Source: Candidatus Akkermansia intestinigallinarum (GTDB lineage Bacteria > Verrucomicrobiota > Verrucomicrobiia > Verrucomicrobiales > Akkermansiaceae). From it: 64,000 nt of DNA. Each line of letters begins with the position of its first letter. Within the stretch, counting starts at the first letter, position 1. The notes under the pieces were generated by a model. It was not told the DNA's origin, did no database searches, and saw nothing but the letters and a program-made list of their open reading frames with translations. Positions 29,601-36,901 of the stretch are shown piece after piece. The position numbers were made by a program, and so were the translations under genes. Location of the stretch: the NCBI GenBank assembly GCA_019114365.1, contig DXFQ01000013.1, positions 5,642 to 69,641 on the forward strand, given 5' to 3'.

Positions 29601-31661
29601 GTTGTGCTCATAGCTGTTGAGCCAGAGGGCACGGACGGCGGCATCGCGACCCGATTGACTCTCCGGGCGGATGAGCAGCGAGTAGTTGACGTCATCCTGC
29701 ACGCTTTCTCCGTTCAGCAGCAGAATGCCGTAGCGAGTGATTTGCAGCAGGGTGGAGAAGCAAGCCGTGTCGTCGGGCTGCCAGTCGGGAAGCTGCTCGC
29801 CGCTTTGGTCGGCGCGGTGGATGAAGGTGCCGCGGGCGGTGCTGACGGCCGGCTGCATCAGCATGGTGACGACGGTGGCTTTGTCGATGAAATCTTTGTA
29901 GCTCTTGAGCAGCTGCGGCGATGCTTCGTGATCGACAATCCAACAGGCCGGCCTCCAGAAGAGCGGGAGAGGCGCCGGGACGCTGGACATGTTGGTCATG
30001 ATGTAGAGGTACTCGCGGCGCGATACGGTCGTGCCGGGGACGGTCTGTGTTGTCAGCGGAATCTGTTCTCCCTGCCGGATACCCAGCAGGGGCGCGTTGT
30101 CGATGCTGTTGCTGCGGAAGAGTTGGTGGGTGTTGGCCCAGAAGGAGAGGTCGCGCTTCGCGAGTTGCTCGAGGCTGCTTCTCTGGAGCGCGGACCAGCA
30201 CGTCAACGCCGCTGCCGCAGAGGCGAGCACGATGCCGCTCGCGCCGTAGGGGCGCCGGATGCGCCGGAGAGCCTCGTCCGTGTAGTCGCTCTGCTCCGTC
30301 GTGCCCAGAATATGTTTTTGCAGCAGTTGGCGGGTAAAGTAGTGGCGCGCTGAGGCCAGCGAGAGGATTTTCTCACACTCGGCCACCAAACTGTCACTGC
30401 CGAGTTCGGATGCGCGGGCGCTGATGCCCGCCGCAGCGCTGTTCTCGGCGCGGGGCGGCAGGAGAACGGGGTGGAGTTTGCCGTCCTTCTTCTCAAAGAC
30501 GACGCGCTCCGTGGTGGTGACGGGCTTGTCGAGCGTGGCCGTGAGCCAGAAGCCGCAGAAGGGGAAGAGCCCGCGATGGCGCTTCTTGTGGCGGACGTGG
30601 GTGAAGATGCCGGCGAGGTAGCGCTTGAGGTTTTCCCGCAGTTCCTCCACTTTGTCGGGCAAGAGCCAGATGGGAGCCATGAGGTCTCCTCGATTTTCGC
30701 CGGTGGCGGCCTGCTCCCAGACGCCGGGGTGCAGGGCCAGTGAGCCGCGCAGGGTCTTGAGGTGTTCAACGAGGCGGTCGAAGGCGAGATCCGTCGATGC
30801 CGTGTCGTAGGGCTCATCCGGTCGCGGATTGCTCCAGCCCAAGGGCTGCTCGCAATCTTCGTCTGACAGCAGGGAGAAAAATTCGGAGAATCCCTCGATT
30901 TGATCGCATTTGGTGACGAGGACCCAAACCGGGCAATATACGCCGGTGATGCGGCTCAGCGCCCGCATTTCTTCGGCAATGAGGGTGATTTTGCGGTCGC
31001 GCAACTCGGCGGAGTCCAGCAGCAGGGCGTCCGCCGGGATGGTCAGGATGACACCGCTGGGCAGGTTGTTGCGGTAGATGCCGTGCAGCTGCTCGAGAAA
31101 GAATTGCCACTCCTGATCTTGCCGACCGCCCCAGCGGCTCAGGAAAAGACGTCCGCCGATATCCCAGATGACACCCTTTTCGGCGAGCCAGAGGTTGAAG
31201 GTCGACGTGGCCTCGGCCGCGCGCGAGAAGTCATTGATGCCGGCCGGGTAGGCGATGCCGCCTTGCTCCATGAGTCGGCTTTTGCCCGAGCCCGGTTCGC
31301 CGAGCAGAAGCCAGGAGGCCGTTCGCTGCGGGTTGATGCCTTGCGCGGCCATGGCCTTGCGTGCGGCGTCCAAATCCATGCGGATACTCTCGACGCGCAT
31401 GAACTGCTCGCGCTGCTGCGATTTGAGATCTTTGCCCGCAGCCATGGCGGCGAGCTCGCGCCGCAGCAGTAAATCTTCTCGCATGGTGCCCACCATGCGG
31501 TGCAGGCGCCGACGGTGGATGATCATGCGCGCGGCGATGTAGAGCACAAAGGCGATCAGAAGCACTGCGATGATGCAGAGCGTCCACTCCGTCCAGCCCC
31601 AATCTTGGGTGCGGGCAAGGGCGGAGGTCGCGGCGTCAGAGGGGGAATCGGTCAAACTCAT
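26619..31661 (-). CDS. tssM: T6SS membrane complex TssM/IcmF-like protein, unusually long (1680 aa)
   Basis: N-terminal TM, WLLLGEPGSGKS, DIGGR, PVWVLVTKCD.I.GFSEFF, second TM, then a long periplasmic part; located next to tssL. Confidence 0.85.
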   Translation of the reverse strand: MSLTDSPSDAATSALARTQDWGWTEWTLCIIAVLLIAFVLYIAARMIIHRRRLHRMVGTMREDLLLRRELAAMAAGKDLKSQQREQFMRVESIRMDLDAARKAMAAQGINPQRTASWLLLGEPGSGKSRLMEQGGIAYPAGINDFSRAAEATSTFNLWLAEKGVIWDIGGRLFLSRWGGRQDQEWQFFLEQLHGIYRNNLPSGVILTIPADALLLDSAELRDRKITLIAEEMRALSRITGVYCPVWVLVTKCDQIEGFSEFFSLLSDEDCEQPLGWSNPRPDEPYDTASTDLAFDRLVEHLKTLRGSLALHPGVWEQAATGENRGDLMAPIWLLPDKVEELRENLKRYLAGIFTHVRHKKRHRGLFPFCGFWLTATLDKPVTTTERVVFEKKDGKLHPVLLPPRAENSAAAGISARASELGSDSLVAECEKILSLASARHYFTRQLLQKHILGTTEQSDYTDEALRRIRRPYGASGIVLASAAAALTCWSALQRSSLEQLAKRDLSFWANTHQLFRSNSIDNAPLLGIRQGEQIPLTTQTVPGTTVSRREYLYIMTNMSSVPAPLPLFWRPACWIVDHEASPQLLKSYKDFIDKATVVTMLMQPAVSTARGTFIHRADQSGEQLPDWQPDDTACFSTLLQITRYGILLLNGESVQDDVNYSLLIRPESQSGRDAAVRALWLNSYEHNKTLGTMTILNGYLRPVSIEAAQAITKAASLYCAEVDDLSIYPSLNYGQMLSLIAQAKQLHQTHGEMLELERAFAEAVRREDSATAEDCIRQWQQRYQSARQQAAELSEMEERLQIRDESSLRRALEKVRRALSDALARDLQNFQDLDQALGSSHNADFLHSQLSALTSSVTQALTKLSASDEELLSDDICRFWDRDESREPATRPWKVAMERADRLNSLFSFPIPVGLPEETFQHRIGRVQEARKQYDAAVRELGSPEGSALNATCWEQNWNRLERSVLITWLAEAPHSNVEVLVPEPGAKVARKLPSMPYTAASRTSINPVYEPGSANRRMTDLLALSDYVRSKTDTGAADGELKRALSRVDDACQHYLTDYVMYWVETIPSYYRISGIRNWAEYVQSGEVLYSADVGSILYELDDLIYDALDLPCLMDEERFPQLTSIRELILRAKKALDIETRRNFQISADYISKLSLKPDRAWKFLISQPVDKLMSNYWGSWYPAQGNSSFLWWNSYLLHGMLLLKQEAAAAMQDDISACLADARRFPLCNTSQRGSEDILTPFDINDLYDRLGAVAHLTDPQREAEIAKQAAARSIPEKSASLDLSIASSHDAGLRKITDVLILLADPSSELRCIPVLPSSDLRASAITSGDDLKRIIPVGRRFPYCRILCNGTPLTGRFNLNRQNDEDLPLLSESIAASSGSLQFEFYRHSDSSTPDSTLKLSRSWSALDLCLRPGARLSDDKKTIYAPLVFKDREGYSCLFWFAMTFNRDMIAPADWPGSLSLNTGESPLSGRSEHERQLRQLIRETYLTQRNTPRKPGAEELENLRRSIDKLRGQGYSLSFRLIIPGADECGDDARIRQAAACPYFSLDSAGTGTGKLRTLPDVTQETEHLLSAGENLLLRLYKHADDEYSAHYLDRRQALLDLVLENAAEYDASRNYFIVPLQTDDNQSGGVFTLYLRPCLTPSVDDGLLPPSAADHLLEYPETELPDGELPLN

Positions 31662-31751
31662 GGCTGGGCGTCAGAGAGGTCCGGGCGCAAACGCTTCGGG
31701 TGAGTGAGAGGTGAGGTTTCGGAAAAGAGGGGGCGGCAGCGGAATCGTCCG

Positions 31752-32726
31752 TCATTTTGTCTCCGCCGAGGATGAGGTCTGCTCTTTGTTATCGGGGGCG
31801 GGTTCGGTGCCCGATTCTTCGGCGGGGGGCGCAGCCGGCGCCGCCTGAGTCGAGCCGTCTGAGGGCGCAGTCGACGTCATTTGCGGCGTCTGTTGCGGCG
31901 GGGCAGCGGAGGGCTGCGGCGATGGGAGCGCACGGGGTGCCGGGGCGAGGTCGGCCTTGTTCTCGGCGTTGGCGTCGCGCGGCTGCTTGCGTTCACGGAC
32001 AGCGACGAGCGTGTCCGCATTGAGCGCGTGGCGCATGGCTTTCGCCTCGATGAGCTTCTGCGTTTCGCTCAGCTCATGGCGAAGGGAGTCTGTTGCGCTG
32101 CGGTAGCTGTGCAGGTAGTAGATGCAGGCCAGCACCAGAGCAGCGGCGCCGATCCCGCAGATGCACAGCCCACGGAGAACGGGGTTGCGGGGGCTGGCGA
32201 GCCGGGCGGGCGATTCCGCCTGCTGTCCGAAGAGTGTCCGAGTTGCTTCCTCCTCCGGCATGATGGCCAGGATCTCGGCTGTACGGCGCATCAGCTCTTC
32301 GAGGCGCACGCTTCGCCTGCCCAGAGAGCCGGAGAAACCGCTGGCCACCATGTCATACATCAGCCGCAGGTGCTCGCGCGCCTGCGGTGTGTCTTCCTCA
32401 AGCCAGCGGCGCATGTAGTCGAAAAACTTCTCGTCGCCGGCGAGCTCGTTGTACCGACTGCGCCCCACATCCTGCCACTGCCGGGCGTAGGGGAAGGCTC
32501 CTTCATGCACCATGTAATCAATGTAGAAGGCCGTGTAGCGGCAGGCGTCTTCCAAGGCCTCCTGATTCAGCTCACGCGATGCCGCACCCGTCTTGCGGAT
32601 GCGGGCCATTTCTCGCATGAGGTGACTCATGAGCAGCTCCTGTTCGGGAGCCTTGCCGCGAGCCGCCTCGCTGCGGCAGGAGACCATGTAGGAGATGAGA
32701 GGAGTGAAGAGCTCGCAGAGGGTCAT
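31752..32726 (-). CDS. tssL: T6SS TssL/DotU-like protein
   Basis: RY...YID, W, AGDEKFF, GFSG DotU motifs; C-terminal TM and Pro-rich tail; no OmpA domain. Confidence 0.8.
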   Translation of the reverse strand: MTLCELFTPLISYMVSCRSEAARGKAPEQELLMSHLMREMARIRKTGAASRELNQEALEDACRYTAFYIDYMVHEGAFPYARQWQDVGRSRYNELAGDEKFFDYMRRWLEEDTPQAREHLRLMYDMVASGFSGSLGRRSVRLEELMRRTAEILAIMPEEEATRTLFGQQAESPARLASPRNPVLRGLCICGIGAAALVLACIYYLHSYRSATDSLRHELSETQKLIEAKAMRHALNADTLVAVRERKQPRDANAENKADLAPAPRALPSPQPSAAPPQQTPQMTSTAPSDGSTQAAPAAPPAEESGTEPAPDNKEQTSSSAETK

Positions 32727-34108
32727 GACTGTCGGGCGGGGGCTGAAAGAATCAGGTAGAGCTCGGCCTGCGTGTCGGGCAGCATCTGCGGGCTCCAGGT
32801 CAGCGCGCAGCTGAGCTCATCGGCAATATCAAGCCAGGTATCATCCTGCTCCGGCCGATTCGAGCAGAACCACAGGCGCCTGTCGCCTGCGGGCAACAGC
32901 GGCGAGGGCATGCGCTCTTCCGCCAGACGGACGCCGCGGATGCGCATGCTGCTTTGAGAAGCGGCCGTGAGCTTGAAGGCGTCTCCCGCCTCCACCAGAT
33001 CGGCCACGCGACGCGGCGGCTGCTCACTGCGAACACAGACACAGACGCAGCGCACGGCCTCAAGCCACTCCTTCTTCAGCTCGCCGAACCAAGCGTGCGC
33101 CGCCTCATCGTGCCGCAGCTCCACCCGCACGCACCACTCCGTGGCCTCCGAGGCCGTCAGGCGGTAGATGGCTTCGATCACTTGGGCGAAAAGCGGCAGG
33201 CAGTCATCATGACGGTAGAGAGCGGGCCGGGGAGCCTCTTCGAGGGGTCTGAAGGCTGCCAACTGCATCAGCAGTCGGCAGAGCTCGGTGTAGAGAGCCT
33301 GCGGTGCGGCGGAAGGCAGGGCCGCGAGCTGCCGCAGGGCGCACAGGGAGGATTGCACGATGGCGCTTTTGAGCATCTTCTCCAGCCTTTCGACGGCTCG
33401 CTGGGGCATCTGCATGTCGCGTTCCCTCAGGGAGGTCGCCAAGTTGACGGCGATGCCGTCGAGATGTTCGCAGAGGGCATCGAGGCGCTGCACGAGCTCC
33501 GGGGCCGCGCTGAGCGTGAGCGAAGGTGCAACATAGCTTTCATCGCGGCTCAGCGAGGGCCGGCCGTCCGCACTGCGCCGACAGCGCAGACGCATGAGCG
33601 GCAATTTCTCGTATCCGGGCAGCGTCTCGGGCCGGGTGGAGAGCAGCAGCCGCAGACGGCGGAACATAATCGGCTGCTCGTTGCCGCCCGCATTGATATC
33701 ATAGCACGGCTGCGGCTGCGCCTCGTAGCGTCTGGGCGGAGACCCGGCGGCGGCTCCCGCGGACAGGTTGTCCTCTCCTTCGCGCAGCGGCGCAACGGCC
33801 AGATAAACCGTCAGCGATGAAGCACTGCTGAGCTCCGAGCTCAGATCGAGAGCCTCTGCTACCGCATTGCGCGGCAAGTCCACCGACTCTCCGCCGGGGA
33901 GGATGGCCTGCAGGGAGCGGATGCTGAAGTGGAAGTGCTCGAGGGCCGTCTCATCAATCTCGAGCTGCGCGAGGCCGTAGGCGTAGGGCAAAGCCAGACA
34001 GAGATCGCTGTTGCGGGTCATGGCGTGGCTCTGCTGCGCCTGCTGAAAGTGGTGCGGGCGCAGGAAGACGCCGTCGGTCCAACTCAATGAAGGGGGATAT
34101 TGCAACAT
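32723..34108 (-). CDS. tssK: T6SS baseplate subunit TssK
   Basis: WTDGVFLRPHHFQQ, YG...LEID, Y.P.L, YRHDD. Confidence 0.9.
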   Translation of the reverse strand: MLQYPPSLSWTDGVFLRPHHFQQAQQSHAMTRNSDLCLALPYAYGLAQLEIDETALEHFHFSIRSLQAILPGGESVDLPRNAVAEALDLSSELSSASSLTVYLAVAPLREGEDNLSAGAAAGSPPRRYEAQPQPCYDINAGGNEQPIMFRRLRLLLSTRPETLPGYEKLPLMRLRCRRSADGRPSLSRDESYVAPSLTLSAAPELVQRLDALCEHLDGIAVNLATSLRERDMQMPQRAVERLEKMLKSAIVQSSLCALRQLAALPSAAPQALYTELCRLLMQLAAFRPLEEAPRPALYRHDDCLPLFAQVIEAIYRLTASEATEWCVRVELRHDEAAHAWFGELKKEWLEAVRCVCVCVRSEQPPRRVADLVEAGDAFKLTAASQSSMRIRGVRLAEERMPSPLLPAGDRRLWFCSNRPEQDDTWLDIADELSCALTWSPQMLPDTQAELYLILSAPARQS

Positions 34109-34143
34109 GGGGAAAATCAATGAAGATGTGGGTAAATCGCGAA

Positions 34144-34650
34144 TCAGTTATCTTCCGGCTTGAGCGGGGTTTGCAAGAGGAGCCCTGCGGGGATGATGGA
34201 CACTTCGATATCCGTACCGTCCCAGCGATCGGCCGCCAAGGGCAGCGTCAGACGGCGCATATCCGGCCCTTTGGCACCGTCGCGGGGCAGATTGATGAAG
34301 AGGACGAGGTGGCTGGCTCCGCGCTTCTCCAACCAGGTCTTCCAGACCTTGTCATCGCGGCCGAGAGTCTTTTTCTCATAATCCTCCTCACTGAAGTAAA
34401 AGGTTTTCTTGCGGAGTGAGTCTCGGAGCACATTGGAGGGGTCGAAGTAGTCGTCGATTTCGGTTTGTTCGAGCTGCTTGAGGGTGGTTTCGTTGGCCTC
34501 GACGATGTCGACTTCCACGGAGGGAAAGACGCGGAAGCGCTCGATGGTGATGGGATCGTAGGCGACGCTGAGGTTGTACTCGCGCGGCGCCGAGGATTGG
34601 CAGGCGGTGAGAGCCAGCGAGCCGACAAGCAGGAGGAAGAGTTTTCGCAT
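34144..34650 (-). CDS. T6SS-associated lipoprotein (TssJ-like) 1
   Basis: Lipobox LALTAC; occupies the tssJ position directly upstream of tssK-tssL-tssM. Confidence 0.65.
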   Translation of the reverse strand: MRKLFLLLVGSLALTACQSSAPREYNLSVAYDPITIERFRVFPSVEVDIVEANETTLKQLEQTEIDDYFDPSNVLRDSLRKKTFYFSEEDYEKKTLGRDDKVWKTWLEKRGASHLVLFINLPRDGAKGPDMRRLTLPLAADRWDGTDIEVSIIPAGLLLQTPLKPEDN

Positions 34651-34702
34651 GCGAACGAGCAGTGAGTCTTGTTGAGTTGCAGTCAGAAAAGTTGAGGGAG
34701 AA

Positions 34703-34990
34703 TCAGCAGATGTACGTGATGCCCGCGGTGACCATGGCTGAGGTGGTGACGGGAACCCCCGTGGCGGGGTTGACGCCGGAGGCCATGGACGTGATGTTGG
34801 CCATGGGCAGACCGTGGACGATTTTGTTGACGGCCGTGCTGCCGGCGATGACGCCGGTGCAGGCAGCCCCGGAGACGGGCGAAGTGATGGTGGCGACGGG
34901 CAGACCCTTGACGAGAAAGGTGGGGGCTGTGCCGGTGATGAGATCGCCGGTAACGGAGGTGCCGGTCGTGACCATGATAGGCGTGGGCAT
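34703..34990 (-). CDS. PAAR-like spike tip protein (divergent)
   Basis: 95 aa, Gly/Thr-rich, repeated V.GLP.A.ITS segments resembling the PAAR V.I.G.PAAR.GD repeats; lies in the T6SS operon after the vgrG modules. Confidence 0.65.
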   Translation of the reverse strand: MPTPIMVTTGTSVTGDLITGTAPTFLVKGLPVATITSPVSGAACTGVIAGSTAVNKIVHGLPMANITSMASGVNPATGVPVTTSAMVTAGITYIC

Positions 34991-35035
34991 AGGCTGGAAA
35001 CGAGAAGGTTCGGGGGTGCGGATGAAGAGCCGAGC

Positions 35036-35109
35036 GGAAGGTGAAAAGCTGAGAGGAAGGTGAAAAGCTGAGAGGAAGGTGAAAGCCGAGAGGAAGGTGA
35101 AAGCCGAGA
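35036..35109. repeat. Four tandem 18-19-bp repeats (ggaaggtgaaa[a]gcYgaga)
   Basis: Two 19-bp and two 18-bp copies between the lipoprotein 2 and PAAR-like genes. Confidence 0.9.
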
Positions 35110-35131
35110 GGTTGGGGTAAAAGCGGCGGGA

Positions 35132-35677
35132 TCAGGATGAAGGAGCCGAGGGGTGGGGCGGCGGCCGGAGGCGCTCGGCAGAGGGTCGGACGACGAGCCC
35201 GCCGTCGGTCAGCATGATGAGCAGGCTCTGCGTGCCGGCCGGGTAAGCCGAGCGGTGCAGGGGGCAGGTGACGCGGCGCGGGTCTGCGGCGCTGGTGGAG
35301 CGCCGTTCGGGTTTGGGGGTGACGGCGATGAGGATGTCTGCACCCTTCTCCTGCCAGAGGCGCCCCGTGGCGTCTTGATCCGGGAAGATGGTGGCGCCGG
35401 GCGTTGCGGCATCCAGAATGATGCGCCGGATGTCCTGCGGCCGGGAGCTGCGGCCCAAGGTGGCAAAGTACTCATCCACGGGTGTAATCGTTTGGCGGCG
35501 CTGCTCCATTTCCCCGCGCACGGCGTAGAGATCGACAAAGGCGGCCGTTGTCGTACGGCTGCGTTGATCGCGGATGCTGACCGGAAGCATCGGGTCACGC
35601 CACGAGCAGGCCGGCAGCAGCAAAAGAAGCGCCAGCGCGTGCGGAAGAAGCTGTGATGCGAACCGTGTTATCATCAT
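35132..35677 (-). CDS. T6SS-associated lipoprotein (TssJ-like) 2
   Basis: Lipobox LLLPAC; shares VD, (I/V)D(D/E)YF, W..K.GA and D.RR.T.PL motifs with 34144-34650. Confidence 0.6.
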   Translation of the reverse strand: MMITRFASQLLPHALALLLLLPACSWRDPMLPVSIRDQRSRTTTAAFVDLYAVRGEMEQRRQTITPVDEYFATLGRSSRPQDIRRIILDAATPGATIFPDQDATGRLWQEKGADILIAVTPKPERRSTSAADPRRVTCPLHRSAYPAGTQSLLIMLTDGGLVVRPSAERLRPPPHPSAPSS

Positions 35678-35692
35678 TGTCGAAGCGCCTTG

Positions 35693-36892
35693 TCACATTC
35701 TACCAAAGCCTGAGCGTGCGCGCAAGTCTCTATCATCGGAACGCCGCGTTTCTTCCGCATCCGAGCGGACGGGCTCGCCGTGCTCATCCCACGTGCACGT
35801 GCCGTCGGCACACTGAATGCCCAGTTCGAGAAACTTGGCGTAGCGGGTGTCATAGTCCATGTCGCCGCCTTCCAGCAGGGCGAGCTGTAGGAGCGTCTTG
35901 CTGAGACCCATGGGCGGCAGAGTGGGGTTGGTCGGAGCGAGGCCGGTCTCGGTCATGAGGTTTGTCGAGCTCCAGAACGCGGCGTAGGCAAGCATGGATT
36001 CCGGGCCGTTTTGGGCGGCCATGGCGGCCTGACAGGCGAGCTGCCCGTTCTCATCGCTGGGAACCAGCAGCCAGCGCAGAGCGGCCTCTACGGCCGACGT
36101 TTTCGTCGCCGGAGAGGGTTGGGGCGGCAGCCCTTTGAGCTGAAGGGGAAAATGTTTTTTCATCTCGCCTTCGACGGCTGCCGGAACAGCGCGGGTTTTG
36201 GCGCGCGCGGCTTCGAATATCCGGTCGGAGGACGGGATGTCCATCGGCGGCTCGGACGGAGAGACGCGCTGCACAAGCTGCTCAAAGTCTCGGTTGGCGG
36301 ATTCCTGCATGCTCTTGACGATATCGGCCATGATCATCGGCCCGTCGGCACTGCCGAGAGAGCCGGGAGGCAGCGAGGCTTGCAGCTGAGCAAAGGCTTG
36401 ATTGACCCATGCGAGCTTGAGTTCGATGCGCTTGGCCGGGTCGAGATAGTTTTGTTGTCGGGCTTCGTCCTCGAGCTGCTGAGCCGCTTCGTCGATATGC
36501 TTCTTCTGCGAATCGACGAGGCTTTGAATATCCGACGTGTCGCTCAGTTTGGCCGCGAGGTCGAGAGCGGATTTTTTGCGCCTCTCCTCCGGGGAGAGGC
36601 CGTCGCGCGCCCGATCCTGAGCAAGGTCCTGACTGACCATGCGCAGGCACAGGTAGGCCCACCACACGCCCACCCGGGGAATGATGGCGTAGCAGAGCAG
36701 GTTGACGGCTTCCTCGATGAGGTTTTGCGTGAGCAGGATTTGGAGAGCCAGCTCGTTGCTGATCTGTTCGGAGGGGAAGAGGGAGAGCACCTCATCTGCG
36801 GGGGCATAGCCTCGGTAGTGCAAGGTGGAGGAGAGATCCTCCCGGTGCAGCATGATGAAGGGGGTGTAGAATTGTTTGCCGTTCCAGGACAT
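35693..36892 (-). CDS. DUF6931-like VgrG-associated protein with a ~200-aa helical insertion
   Basis: AVNLL...IPR.GVWWAYLC ... A.EAAL.W...PSDEN...A ... AAFWS pattern as I recall for DUF6931; directly follows vgrG. Confidence 0.6.
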   Translation of the reverse strand: MSWNGKQFYTPFIMLHREDLSSTLHYRGYAPADEVLSLFPSEQISNELALQILLTQNLIEEAVNLLCYAIIPRVGVWWAYLCLRMVSQDLAQDRARDGLSPEERRKKSALDLAAKLSDTSDIQSLVDSQKKHIDEAAQQLEDEARQQNYLDPAKRIELKLAWVNQAFAQLQASLPPGSLGSADGPMIMADIVKSMQESANRDFEQLVQRVSPSEPPMDIPSSDRIFEAARAKTRAVPAAVEGEMKKHFPLQLKGLPPQPSPATKTSAVEAALRWLLVPSDENGQLACQAAMAAQNGPESMLAYAAFWSSTNLMTETGLAPTNPTLPPMGLSKTLLQLALLEGGDMDYDTRYAKFLELGIQCADGTCTWDEHGEPVRSDAEETRRSDDRDLRARSGFGRM

Positions 36893-36901
36893 GAATGAGA
36901 A

